From contig NW_026515702.1 of assembly GCF_025526975.1 (NCBI RefSeq), forward strand, positions 62,001-126,000: a DNA stretch of 64,000 bases, given 5' to 3'. Position numbers and translations under genes: made by a program. Origin of the DNA: Fimicolochytrium jonesii. Its lineage: Eukaryota. The notes beneath the pieces are model-generated. The model saw nothing but the letters and a program-made list of their open reading frames with translations. It searched no databases and had not been told where the DNA came from. Below are positions 36,655-48,155 of the stretch, piece by piece. How positions within the stretch are numbered: position 1 is the first letter of the stretch; the number at the start of each line of letters is the position of its first letter.

Positions 36655-38708
36655 ATGCCCTCCAACCCCACACCCTCTGCATCCGCCGCCAACCCACCTC
36701 CTCCTTCAACCACACCCCGCTTCAACCAGTGGCACAACACATTCCCACCCATCAGACCCACCGCCAAGACCCGAGCGTCCAAACGACCGCGCGACCGAGA
36801 TGATGCGCCCTCGCAGGAGACACGGGCTGGAAAATCTATCGCGAGGAGGGTTGCGGATAATGGGGTGATGAATTGGGATGCGTGGGATATGGATGCGTGG
36901 AAGGGGATGAACGCCGGGTTTGATATTGATAACGAGAGAACAGATGAACAGGTCCGTCCCACCATCCGCCCGCTTTGCCGACATCCCAAACGGGAACTGA
37001 ATATAAGACTGGGGCATAGGAAGCACCAGAGACGGACACGACAATGGTCATGCCATCGAACCCCATCACGCAGGACAGAAGCAATTGGCTCGTCCCGCAG
37101 GTGGTGAAGATCGGGGCGGTCGTGGCTGCGAGTCAGATTACGGTTTGTTCTCGCTTTTTGATCTCGCATACCGCCGGGCGTCTTATTTTGTTTTTTGTGG
37201 AATTGTTGGGTAGTGCGTGTATGGTGAGTGGGGATATCGCTAGAGATGGAGACGACTGGGGGTACATGGGCTGAACGGTATGTTTTTTGCATGCACAGGC
37301 CGGATCGTATCCATCGGAAAAATCTTCCATTGCAAACCGAAAGGTAACGCACACACCCGGCATCATACATGTCGCAAACATCCAATTCCCCACCTATAGG
37401 AACAGACCCCTCGCCCGTCCTGCACACATTCATCGTAAAAGACGACGTAAGTTCAGCACCGTTCGCATTTTAAAAGTTCAGGGCAACAACTGGACCCTCA
37501 CAAGTTCGTCATGCAAAAAGACCGGGTTAGCCCTCGTGAAATGCTACGCGAGCACTCCAGAACGCGAGCAGGAACTGGCGGGTATCTCTGTACGTTACCC
37601 CATGATTACCCATAACATAAACCCACAAACCTCATACCTCCCCTATACAGCTTAACGCAGTCGTCAAAGGTAACGTGCCCTCACTGCTCTCATACCCTCA
37701 TCACCAGCATGTCATATATCCTCCCCAACAGTCCAAGCCTCCCAAACCTACCACACCCACCGGTCCCCATCCTCCTTCACTCCGGGGCCCACATATGTAT
37801 CCCAGCAACAGCGACGACACACGCACACCCAACCACAGATAGAATTCAGGATAACCAAAAAGGACCCCTCGGCGATGTTTGAGCGGGTTGGGGAGGGGAT
37901 CGTCAATGTTGGTGCCGCTGTGGGTACTGGGGGTGGGAGGAGGGTATCCGTGAAGGATATTTGTTTGGGCGATGGGGGAGAGGGTGGGGGCGATATCGTA
38001 TTGCTGGGTTTGGTCGTGAAGGTACCTCTTGACCTCTCAGTTGTTTCTTGGAATGACTCCACTCAGCTACTAATCTGAACGCATGGACATAGATACGCCC
38101 ACCCGCTGAAGATATGGGTCATGATCGACCGGTGAAATTGGAGAATAGGAATGGGAATGGGGAACTTGGGAGACGACCGTGGGTGGTCACGATGGCGGAC
38201 GAGACGGGGTCTGTTGAGTTTTGCTTGTACGTGATTTCCGCCCCTTTGCATGTTTCTCGGTGTCTTCGCATTTGGTATTGGCCCGGCCCGTTCCCTCTTC
38301 ATTGTATCTCTTCTGTTTTTCTGCAGATGGGATGACCGCTGGTGTCGCGACTGGATACCCTCGTCAACCGTCCTTTCGATCAGCGTACGTCCTGCACAAT
38401 CCCCCTTCCATTTACCGTGTCCAGCACCCCACGACGAATTGACGCTCGCCAATAATACGACAGAATCCAAAACGAACAACCTTTCGCGGCCTAATACAAC
38501 TAACACCCTCGGCGACGACCATTGTGGATGTGCTTGAGGGGGTGTGTGATGCGAGCGAGGTAAGGTGGTGTTTGTCGCACGCGGCGCATCCTTCGGACCT
38601 ATACAATGGAAGGGTGATATATTTTTTTTTTACCAGTCGCTGAAAGCCGCGTTGGCGTTCGTCGAGGGGTGTGACGTGCTGGAGGAGGATGGGGAGGATG
38701 TTGTGTGA
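36655..38708 (+). CDS. MEIOB-like OB-fold ssDNA-binding protein, multi-exon
   Basis: OB-fold segments GRIVSIG, TFIVKDD, DIVLLGLVVK and VTMADETGSVEFCL|WDDRWCRDWIPSSTVLSI..NPKRTTFRGLIQLTPSATTIVDV resemble the MEIOB second OB fold; last exon 38637-38708; internal junctions approximate. Confidence 0.6.
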
Positions 38709-39052
38709 ATGACGCTGAGATGCTGTGATACTTATGAATGGGAGGGGACAGGATGGGCTCCCTATTATTCGGAGTAACCTATTTGGGATTGTCGGAACGG
38801 CGTATCCGTCGTGCCCTTCTCGTCCCGCCCGCAAGTTCACTTTGTATATACATTCATGAATCCCCGATGTAACTCTTGTTTGGATGGGAATATGAAGCCG
38901 ACGGCATCGTTGGTACTTTGAGTTTGCGGGCCCCCCTTTTTTTGGACGTATTCCTAACGACAGGGGTTCAGCAGCCCTTGTTTTGTGGTGCGATTGCGAC
39001 GGCGACTGGCATTTGATGTGCGGAAAAAGGTCCGAGATGTCCGGAAACTTCG

Positions 39053-39170
39053 ACGCGTCACGAACGCGTTTTCCTGTTTCTTGAGTTTCTGGGCACGCGT
39101 TACTATCCAGCTTTCCAATGCCCCTTAGTGAACGAACGAACGCGTTGTGTCCTCCATTCGGACAACGCGT
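39053..39170. promoter_or_regulatory. Cluster of five ACGCGT (MCB-like) elements
   Basis: ACGCGT at 39053, 39064, 39095, 39140 and 39165, plus GTCACGTGAC at 39217; about 340 bp upstream of ATG 39508. Confidence 0.6.
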
Positions 39171-39507
39171 GAGATGGAACGACATGTGAACATGAGCTGC
39201 ATGTCCGAACAGCCGCGTCACGTGACTGCTAGCTTCGATGGGGGTTGGGCATGACATCACGGAAGGGGGGCGAGCACCAGCGCACGTCATTCTCTGACAA
39301 CTTGCAACTTTCACATGCGATAGGGCGCTCTGTGTGAGAATGCGAGATGCGCAACCTCCAGGAATTAATGTCAATGCGACGGCCGGAATGAATGAATGCG
39401 GGGACTCCCTCTGTTTCCTCACTCCAGATCCACACAAAGAACTCGAGGACTTCCTCCCTCCCCCCCCCTCCGCCGCCAGCCAACCGCTCAGAAAAACTAC
39501 CCCGAAA

Positions 39508-41784
39508 ATGTCAACAACACACCAACCCCCACCAACAGAGGAGGAGGTCCCCAAAACAGCCTCACCACCACTCTCCCCATCCTCCCCAACCGACAAGCAT
39601 GCCACCAGCACACCCACCGCCGATACCGCCAACACGTCGCTCACTGCTGACGAAAAGTTGCCCGAGAAACAGAACACAGCGAGTTTGTTGATGCCGCCCA
39701 GTCCGAGATCAGTCGTCCCGCCGACCCATTATGTCCCGCCGGCGGTTGAGGGCGATACGCTTAGTGTTGGTGAGAGGTGGGTAGTGATGGGAGGAGGGTG
39801 TGGGAGCGAGGAAGAACTGGGAGGAGGAGAAGGAGGAGGAGGAATGGTGCTTGGATTGAGAAACGCGAGTGAAGACTAGATAGGAATGCGGGCGTTCGCG
39901 AGTTCTAAGCTGCGAGCGAAGCGAGCCTTGGTTTGCGATGAAAGCCTGAGCGAAGCGAGTTCTGCGCCACAGACGCAGTACCTTGTGAGCGATAGCGAAC
40001 AATAGTTGTTTCCTTATGTCTTCGCACCCAACATACTTGTCGGGGGCGGATTGAGCACGCTGTTTGTTGTCATGCATCAACCGACCAACACATCAACCAG
40101 AAAAACAACCATCGCGCTGATCAATTCACCCCATTCATTCATTCACTCACTCCATCTCCCTCCCTCTCTCTCCAAACAGCGCAGCAACAACAATCCAACC
40201 CCGCCCCTACCCCACCCGCAAAATCCGCCGCCCATCCCAAACCAACTCCATCTGCTCCGAAGTCTCCCGCCTCTCCTACATAACTCTCCCAGGGTCCGTC
40301 ATCGGCGACGACGGTTTCGCCCCCGGCGTGCTGTTCGAGTACTTCAAGGGCGAGTTCACCGGTCTTCCCGATTTCAATACCCTGCAAGCACATTCGGCCG
40401 GCGTGATGAAGAGTATTGCGGTGGATGGGGAGACTGAGAGGGAGGTGTTTGATCACGGGTTGAAGAGGGCGAGGCCGACCGAAGGTATGTACGGGGATGG
40501 ATGGCATTTGCTGCGATCTCGCCGATGATGTGTTTTTTCTCACATCGGATTCATTTTTCAGTGGGAAACTTTGCGGTGCGGTACACGGCCCAAGTGAAGA
40601 TCCCACACGCGGGTCCATGGACATTCTACCTCGCCTCAAACGACGGGTTAGTTCTCGTCTCACACAGGGCCCATTTTCTCGTTCTTCATCTCTCACACCC
40701 ATTTCTATTCCCAAAACGCCATCAACAGAGCAGCCCTCTACATCTCAGGCAAAAAAGTGATCGAGAACGACGGCTCGCACTATGTAACCGAGAAAGAAGG
40801 ATCGATCAAGATCCCCGCACCGGGTTACTACACCTTCAGCGTGTGGTATTTCCACAAGAACGGGAAAATGATGGAGGGTGTGCGGACCGGCGCGTACCTG
40901 ACACTATCCTACTACTTTGCCGGGTCCGGATGGCTCCCCTTCCCCACCGACCGTGTATCCAAACAAGTCATCCCGGACTCCGCTTACGTGCATAACCCGG
41001 CCGACGAGCGTGTTGTGAGGATATTGGATGCTAGTCGGGCTTTGGTATGATGATCTCTCTGTCTCCGGTGATGGCGGGGATACTGTCTTCTCCCCGTTGC
41101 TGTTTTTGTGCGGTGTTTGAGCTGATTTGCGTATTTGCGTATTTTCGTTTTTTTTTTTTCCAAGACCTGGGACTTACCCGACGCGACGGAAGACGCCGAA
41201 ACCACCATCGCGAACCTCGAAAAGGACCTGCGGGATATCTCCGACCGCCTCATCACACTCCAAACGGCCCTGGAGCACTCCCGCCGGCACACCGCGACCC
41301 TTGTCCGCGCGCTCGCTACCCAACGACTGTTCCGCCCAACCGAGCAAATCCTCGCGGACTTGGACACGAGACAGGGGGAGGATGAGTGGGAACTGTTGCA
41401 TGCGCGGCAGAAAGAGTTTGTGGAACAGCATGTGGGGGATGTGGCGAGATTGAAGACGGGGTACTTTTTTGCGTTGGGCGTGCATTATAAGCTGCAGAAG
41501 GGGTGTTTTGGGTTCAGTATACAGGTATGAAGCGGGGCGCGCGACCAGTGAAGCCCTTCGAAGCTTGTCGTTGTTTGAGGTTCTGATTTAGTGTATTTTT
41601 TATGTTTTTTTTTGTTCAGGATGCGTTTGAACAATGCACGGCGAAGAATGTGGGCGTGCAGGATTGGCCCGGGTTTTTGAGGGGGGCTATGAGGAGTCCC
41701 GGGGATGATACCACGAGTCCTGGGGGTGTCAAGAGCCCCGGGGTCAAGTCGCCCAGGGTGGAGGTGACTGCTGATGTGGATTGA
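39508..41784 (+). CDS. PA14-domain protein with C-terminal coiled coil, no evident signal peptide, multi-exon
   Basis: PA14: GVLFEYFKGEF..PDF..GNFAVRYTAQVKIPHAGPWTFYLASNDG|SSLYI..VIENDGSH..EKEG; intron 1 at about 39770-40184; C-terminal TSPGGVKSPGVKSPRV. Confidence 0.8.
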
Positions 41785-44514
41785 GTGTTGGATGGCGGGT
41801 GCCGAATTCCTCTGGAAAGGGGGATACGTGCCCTGTCTTCGTACAAGTGTATTCAGCACACGGGGGCAAACCGGCACCATTGGGGATTCATTTTTCATTT
41901 CACATACACACGCGCCGCTTTTGTCGAAACACCTACCTGCCACCACCCCCCCCCGGTCGAGGTTGTCTTACTACGATTCCACACACCCGACATTTTTTCA
42001 CCGAAACTCTTGAACAGAAAAAACTAACCACCCCGCCTCCCTCCGCGCTAAGTTTTGCCCCCCCCTGCCTTCCCGAACTCCCACCCATCGCAACGTGCAC
42101 ACCTACGGGACCGCAACGAGGGTTGTTCGCCCCTGTAACCCGAGTCGTCCCGGCCAATGCAGGAAATATAGTTTGGAGGGATATTCCATTTCCTCCCGTC
42201 AGGTCGACGTAGCACTTCTGTTTTTTTTTGTCTTGTGCGGGACATATACCATCTGCATTGCCTTGGGATATTTTTTCCTTCGTTGTGGGATTCAAGAGTT
42301 TGCGGGAGGGTTGATAGCACATCAGGGAAAGTCTGAGGGAAATGCATCCGCAGTGCGCTTTGATGAGATGAGCGTATGGTTTCCTAAGCAGCTTGTGTGC
42401 CAACACCCATAGTGGACACCGGCCGCCAACGCTCGGCCCCCCGTGCCAACTCAGGCCATGGGGCAGTCGGAGTTCACAAAGGTAAAACGTGCAGCCCTCG
42501 CCTCCAATGCGCTCGTCTCCAGCAGCTTCCGGTGTCCGCACAGCTTTCCGAACATCCCATGAGGCGGTGGTGAGTGATGGGATACCGGGCAAGAGCGGGC
42601 GGGAAATGGGTGGGTCGGTGGGCGTGTGGATGTGGGCGGGTGTTTGGAGCGGTGGGGAAAGGTGGGGGGGAAAGCTGCGAGGATGACGGGAACCAGTACT
42701 GACCGGACGGATACGATCCCGCTATGCCTCCGCCCGCCGAGTTGCACCCGTGATGAACGACCCGAAGGATTCCGCACCCCGGCCGAAAAGAATCGCACCC
42801 ATCCCCTTTTGTCCCGAGTCCCTCGATTGTTCGCTGAAAACAAAGGACTGTTCAATCGACGACCCCCCCGATTGTACGAAAAAAAAAAAGTGAGGCCCGC
42901 ATTGTTTGGTTTGGGAGAAGGATAGGTTTTGCATTCCTTCGGGCCTGGGTTTGTGGATTGTTTGAAAAAAAAAAAAGGTTGCAATCCGCATTCTTCCTTC
43001 GTCGCTGATTGTTTTCAGTAAGGCTCTCAGTTGCCTGTCTGGCGAACGCGTCCCCAAACGCGTTACGTACAGTACCTACTATGTACTGTACAGTACACGA
43101 GCCGCGCCCGCTTGCGCCAAACGGTGATGCGAGCCGGGCATCGAGCGTTGTGGTGTTCTTGAGTTTGAGTAATTCTCTGGGAGATGAGAGCACATGGTAA
43201 GTTCAAGGTCTCAATGGTTCGAAATGGAAACGGTCAAATCGGGCAGCCTTTTCGCCACCCACCGGGTCACTACAGGCCACGAACAAGAGGGTTTCATTTC
43301 CTAGGGCTCGCGGTTAGTTGTGCAAACTGGGCTTTTGATGATACGTTATGACGATAGCGCTGTGGTCTTGGGAGTCTCACTTTGCCACCCAGACCGATGA
43401 TGTGTAATGGACTGGATGGTGGACTTTGGCTGACCACGGCTTTCAACGCCCGCCGGGCTCTGCAGAGGGTCACCTTTCCTTGCGGTGTGAGCACTTCCGC
43501 GGCATATGCGACTTATATGGAACATGCGTTCGCTCCGAAACAACTGCCTCCGTCCAACTGCTAAGTAAGAAGTCAGGAAAGTGTCGCCGAGTAACTCGGC
43601 CCAGTAGATCGGCAGTTGTGACTATCTCGCCGGACGTCATCCACGGAGCTCTACTCGCCCACGAAATGGTCTAGATTCAACAGCCTCCTTATTGGCTATC
43701 GACTGTCGCGTAAGGAAGGCGGATTGGCGATGAGCGCGGGGCCAGAATATCGCCGCGTGCTATGGGATCCGGTTCAGCGCAATGGGAGCCCACACCGAAG
43801 AAGGAGCAGCAGCGCGAGTGTTGTAGCCGTCGCAGGCCGATCTCTCCGGTTGGGGCAACGCGAGGATATTTGCATGCCCTTTATACATGAGCCGAATTTG
43901 TCGTTCCATCGCACATCTACGCGCATATCATCCCGGGGAAGAGGAGGTCGGCTAAGCACAGCGCGAAGGGCTGACGCACGATGCAAGTACTCTTCTCCTG
44001 CAGGCAGCAGAGGCGTTGGAGAAGGTATCACCGCGAAGAGCGCATCCACTCTCGGCGCAATGCCCTGGGAAACGGCAGGAGAGAGTGCAGCGATACCCAT
44101 CTCCCAATCAGACAGGTCCTGGTCAATCTTTGTTCCCCGGATTGTTCGGAAAAAAAAGGCCGACTTGGTGATATATTATCCTTTGTCTCCGCATTCTTGC
44201 ATTCTTGCATTCTGCCTTTGTCTCGATTGTTTGCAAGGAAAAAAAGAAATGAGATGAATCATGAGATTTGATTGTGTCCGTTCTCGCTCCGTTTGCTTAG
44301 GAGAGCCCTTTTGTTATTGTGCATTCTTGAAAAAAAAAAATCACGCCCCTTGCCTGTTGTCGCATTCTTTTTCGACTCCAAACCATTGTTGCATGTTTGG
44401 TTGTTGGCCGGGTCCGGAAAAGGTTCAGAGGAAAACGCGTTACACAAGTAGATAACGTGTCCCACAAAACGTCTTTAGATTACGACCGCACAATTAGAGA
44501 CAGAAATATCCAAA

Positions 44515-44586
44515 GGCTCGGTGGTTTAGTGGCATAATACCCGCTTAGGGTGCGGGTGGTCCCGGGTTCGATTCCCGGCCGAGCCC
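44515..44586 (+). tRNA. tRNA-Pro (AGG), copy 3
   Basis: Identical to copies 1 and 2; followed by tttctttttgtttt (Pol III terminator). Confidence 0.97.
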
Positions 44587-45217
44587 CAATTACGTTTCTT
44601 TTTGTTTTATCAGTTTCCAATGTTTCTGAGCTCACGCGAATTGACAGCTGTCGAATCTTTTTGAGACGACGAGGTGGAGGAGGAAATGGCGCTTAGGAAC
44701 AAGAAGCGAAACGGGCCGAAGAGATGTCAGGAACAACTAGCGGGCGGGTTTCGTTTTCTTCAGCCCGTTTAGGCCTTACGTCGTTCAAGCGTATTGTCGT
44801 TTGGAATCAAGCCAGGCTGGGAAAAGAAGACGGGATTTAACCTCAACTTTAAGCTTATAGCCGGACGGCGGCGTCAAAGGAGGGCGGAATCTTTGAAAGT
44901 GAATGTGTGCGGGCGGAGGCATGGCTTTTTGATACTTTTGGATGCAGAGTAGCTCCAAGCGGGGTCGATTTCGTGGCAAGACGCAGAGTAGGAAGAAACT
45001 CCCGCTGTGGGGGCAACGTACCTAGGAACCTCGGATTAGAGTTAGATAGGCGAGAGAGAGCATCCACATCTGCGTTATTGCGATACCAGTGGTGAAAACT
45101 GAAAACCCCCATCGACCCAACGGACCTTCACCCGCGAAGCGTGACCCAATATCCCGCATCTCATCAGTGCTACCCCCAAATCAGAAAACCAAAACCGGTG
45201 CGCCCCACACCCCAAAT

Positions 45218-46880
45218 ATGCCGCACCCCAAATCCCCCACAACGTGGTCCAGCGACGTCCCCGCTTACACCATGCCCCTCAAAGGCTCGACCGAGTCCCT
45301 CGCCGACACGCTGGACGACGCGTTGCGGGCCGCAAACGGTGAGGACCCTGTCTCCTCCCCCACCGACGACGACGAGGACACCGCGCCCCATCACCCCACC
45401 AACAGCGTATTGCGCCCGGTATCAAGCGCGCACCACAGGAGTGTGGGAACTCTCACGCGGGGAGATGAAGCGCGGCGGGGTCCGGGGAGTGTCGGAATCC
45501 TGATCCACAGCGATGCAGGGAGAGCGAGCCTCGTCGGGGTCGCGCGTGGCGGGGGGTCAGAGGTGTACCGGAAGCCCTTGCACGCCGGCGACGCGCACAG
45601 CAAGAGCCTGGACAAGATGACGAGCCAGCTCGGGGACGCGCTGTCCAAGTCCGAGCGGAACCTGTTTGCGAGCACGGGATACCTCGCGCAGGCCAAGCTG
45701 GCGGCGATGAGCGGGGGAGGGTATCAGCGGGATGCGAGGGAGGAGGCGGCGGCGGGGGAGGTGCCGGCGAAGAGCGGGCGGAAGGGGGGGAGGGGTGGGA
45801 ATACCACTACGACCACCGCACAGCAGAATAATATGAGCAGTAACACGGGGCTGCCGCTTTCGAACCTCACGCCCAGGCAGCAGCGGCAGGAGACGGAGAA
45901 ACTGACGCTGCCTGATATTGTGCCGGCGGCGCGCGGGGCGCGGCCGGATTTCGCGATGGTGGGCGCTGCGGCGGTCAAGGCGGCGCAGGCGGCGATCGCG
46001 AAGGGGGAGGAGAGGCGGAGGAGGGGGGAGGGTGGCGGTGGTGGGGAGCTGGTGAGGGCGGGGCGGGGAGCGTCGTCGACGGCGAGAGAGGAGGGCGAGG
46101 GGGCGTTGACAGCGAGAGCGAAGGTTGGTGCCTCTGATTTTCGTTCAGTTCTAGATGGCCCGTCTCCTTCTCTGGGGCGTGGGAACTCATGCCCTATTCT
46201 TGCCCTCATGCCTCCCAATAGTCAATAACAACCCTGACAACCCGCCTAAACGACCCCTCCCACTTCCCCGCGTCCTACAAGCAACGCACGGAAGCGCAGC
46301 GCGAGCGGCGGGAGAACGTCGCGCGCGCACAGGCTGCAAATGAAGCGCTGGCTGACCGGTCGCGGCGGAGATGTGATGCTGGGGGGAGTAGCGATGATGT
46401 GAGAAGTGGGAGCAAGAGGGGGTCGAGTGACGATGTGCTTGTTGGGGGGGCGGAGGTTTTGTCCAAGGTTTGTTTGGGTTGGTGAAGGGGGATGTGGTGT
46501 TTGATCGAGGAGGGAATGGTATGATTTGACTGAATCGGGACGTGCTATTGACATCGTTCTTGCCATCGCAATGGGGCAGAAAGCGGAGGAGGTCGTACGC
46601 CGCTTGACGGATCCCAAGTAAGCTTCTTACCTCCAACATTACCCGCGCATAAGCTCAAGCTGACCCCCCGCGCGCCGATCTTTTCCTTTTCAAGAAACTA
46701 CACAGGCACACAGCTACGGCGCTCGCAACCGGACCTTTCTGGGGCAGGGGGAGGAGGTATGTGTAGGGGTTTCGCATTTTGTACGTTCGTTCATCGGATG
46801 CGGCGGGGGGTCGGGGGGGTGGGGGGGAGAGAGGGATGAGATGGAACACGACAGGAAAGGACAAGGGAGACGGGGGGTAG
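45218..46880 (+). CDS. Low-complexity protein with two partial p25alpha (TPPP/apicortin-type) motifs
   Basis: Exons 45218-46123, 46222-46467, 46580-46617, 46695-46756 and an uncertain last exon; TRLNDPSHFPASYKQR and spliced VVRRLTDPK|NYTGTQLRR. Confidence 0.6.
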
Positions 46881-47474
46881 TCGCCAAGCTCACTCCTATA
46901 TACCCCGTTTACTCCTCCTCCGTCTCCAACATCCTCCCACGACCACTGGCCAACACCCCCCCTCCTTCTCTCGTTCCCCCAACAACCAGACGCCACGTCC
47001 GCCCACACATCCCCGCGCTCGTCGCTCACACTCCACGACACGACCAACATTCCAAAACATCGGCCGGCGGGCAGGCCGCGGATCGAGGTATGTAGGGGTG
47101 TCATGGGTCATCTCGATTTTACAGCAGCCTGATAATGTGGGTGTTGTTGGTGCAGTTTTTCAACACGTTCCTGAAACCAGGCGTCATGCCGCCTTCGGCG
47201 TCGTTGCCGAAGTTGTCTACGGGAGGGTGATGGTCAGATCGACCTTACTTCCAACTCCCAACCGGACTCCGGCCCTGCACGACTGCACGACTGCACCCCC
47301 CGCCCTCGCCTTTTCGCTCAACTCTCCTGCCTCCTCACCCCCCTGTCCTTTCCCCCTCTCCCCGTCCCATGAAACCACTGTACATATCATCTTCTACTCC
47401 ATGATATCTCCGCCTTACGATTGAACCCAACGCAAACAAAAAAGTGATCGCGTCACACACGCGTAAATAGGGAT

Positions 47475-47707
47475 TGACTAGAAGTGGGTAACTCGTGCTA
47501 AATGTGAGTAACTCGGGTTAGGGTTAGACTAGTTAGACAGCTGCCGAGCGGAGCGGGTAGACCCTGATTGTAGGAGGCCGGGTATGGCCGACTCACCGAA
47601 GGCAAAGGGGTTAGGTTTGTTAATCAAATGGTTCACTTTGGCTGTAAAAAAGTCTTATTCTGGAGGTGAGCTACCCACATTTAGCACGAGTTACCCATTT
47701 CTAGTCA
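47475..47707. mobile_element. MITE-like non-autonomous element with 40-bp terminal inverted repeats
   Basis: 47475-47514 vs 47668-47707, 37/40 complementary; no ORF; internal gggttagggttag. Confidence 0.75.
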
Positions 47708-48155
47708 CGCCCGCGTAAATAGAGAGGATTCCGTAAGCGGACACTGGACTGGACGCGTTTGTTTGTCCGAACGCCTGAGGGAGAGGGAGCAAGAGAGGAG
47801 GCTGGAGTAGGGAGGGGCGAGGGAGCGGGGGGTTCCAATGCAAAAGGGGAATACCGGCATGCCCTCGTGTCCTAACACCATCGGGCACTGGCAGCGACGT
47901 CAACGACAAAAACAGAAACCGGGGGTGGGTGGGACTCCAAAGAATAACACGGGTCCTTTGGCGCAACACTGTATTCGCGTCTCCGAGTCCCATTTTCACA
48001 CATGCACAGAAACGAAGAGCGAGATGCACAGAAACGAAGAGCGAGAAGGAAGAAAAAAAATTGTGCGAATTTCTATCCAAACAAATCCTAAGATACACTT
48101 CCACATACACTATATACAGGCCGTTCCCTATCTCACGAAGTCGGGGGCTTCGAAT

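Noticed and set aside
36318..37433. 371-aa minus-strand ORF
   Set aside because: Antisense to the MEIOB-like gene, with no recognisable motif.
38412..39677. 421-aa minus-strand ORF
   Set aside because: No domain; overlaps the MEIOB-like 3' end, the ACGCGT promoter and PA14 exon 1 antisense; likely a GC-rich shadow ORF.
45011..45030. RFX X-box-like GTACCTAGGAAC upstream of the p25alpha-motif gene
   Set aside because: Too short and degenerate relative to the X-box consensus.
47515..47527. CTAACCCTAACCC as a telomerase RNA template
   Set aside because: It abuts the closing inverted repeat with no room for a downstream pseudoknot; a TIR element fits better.
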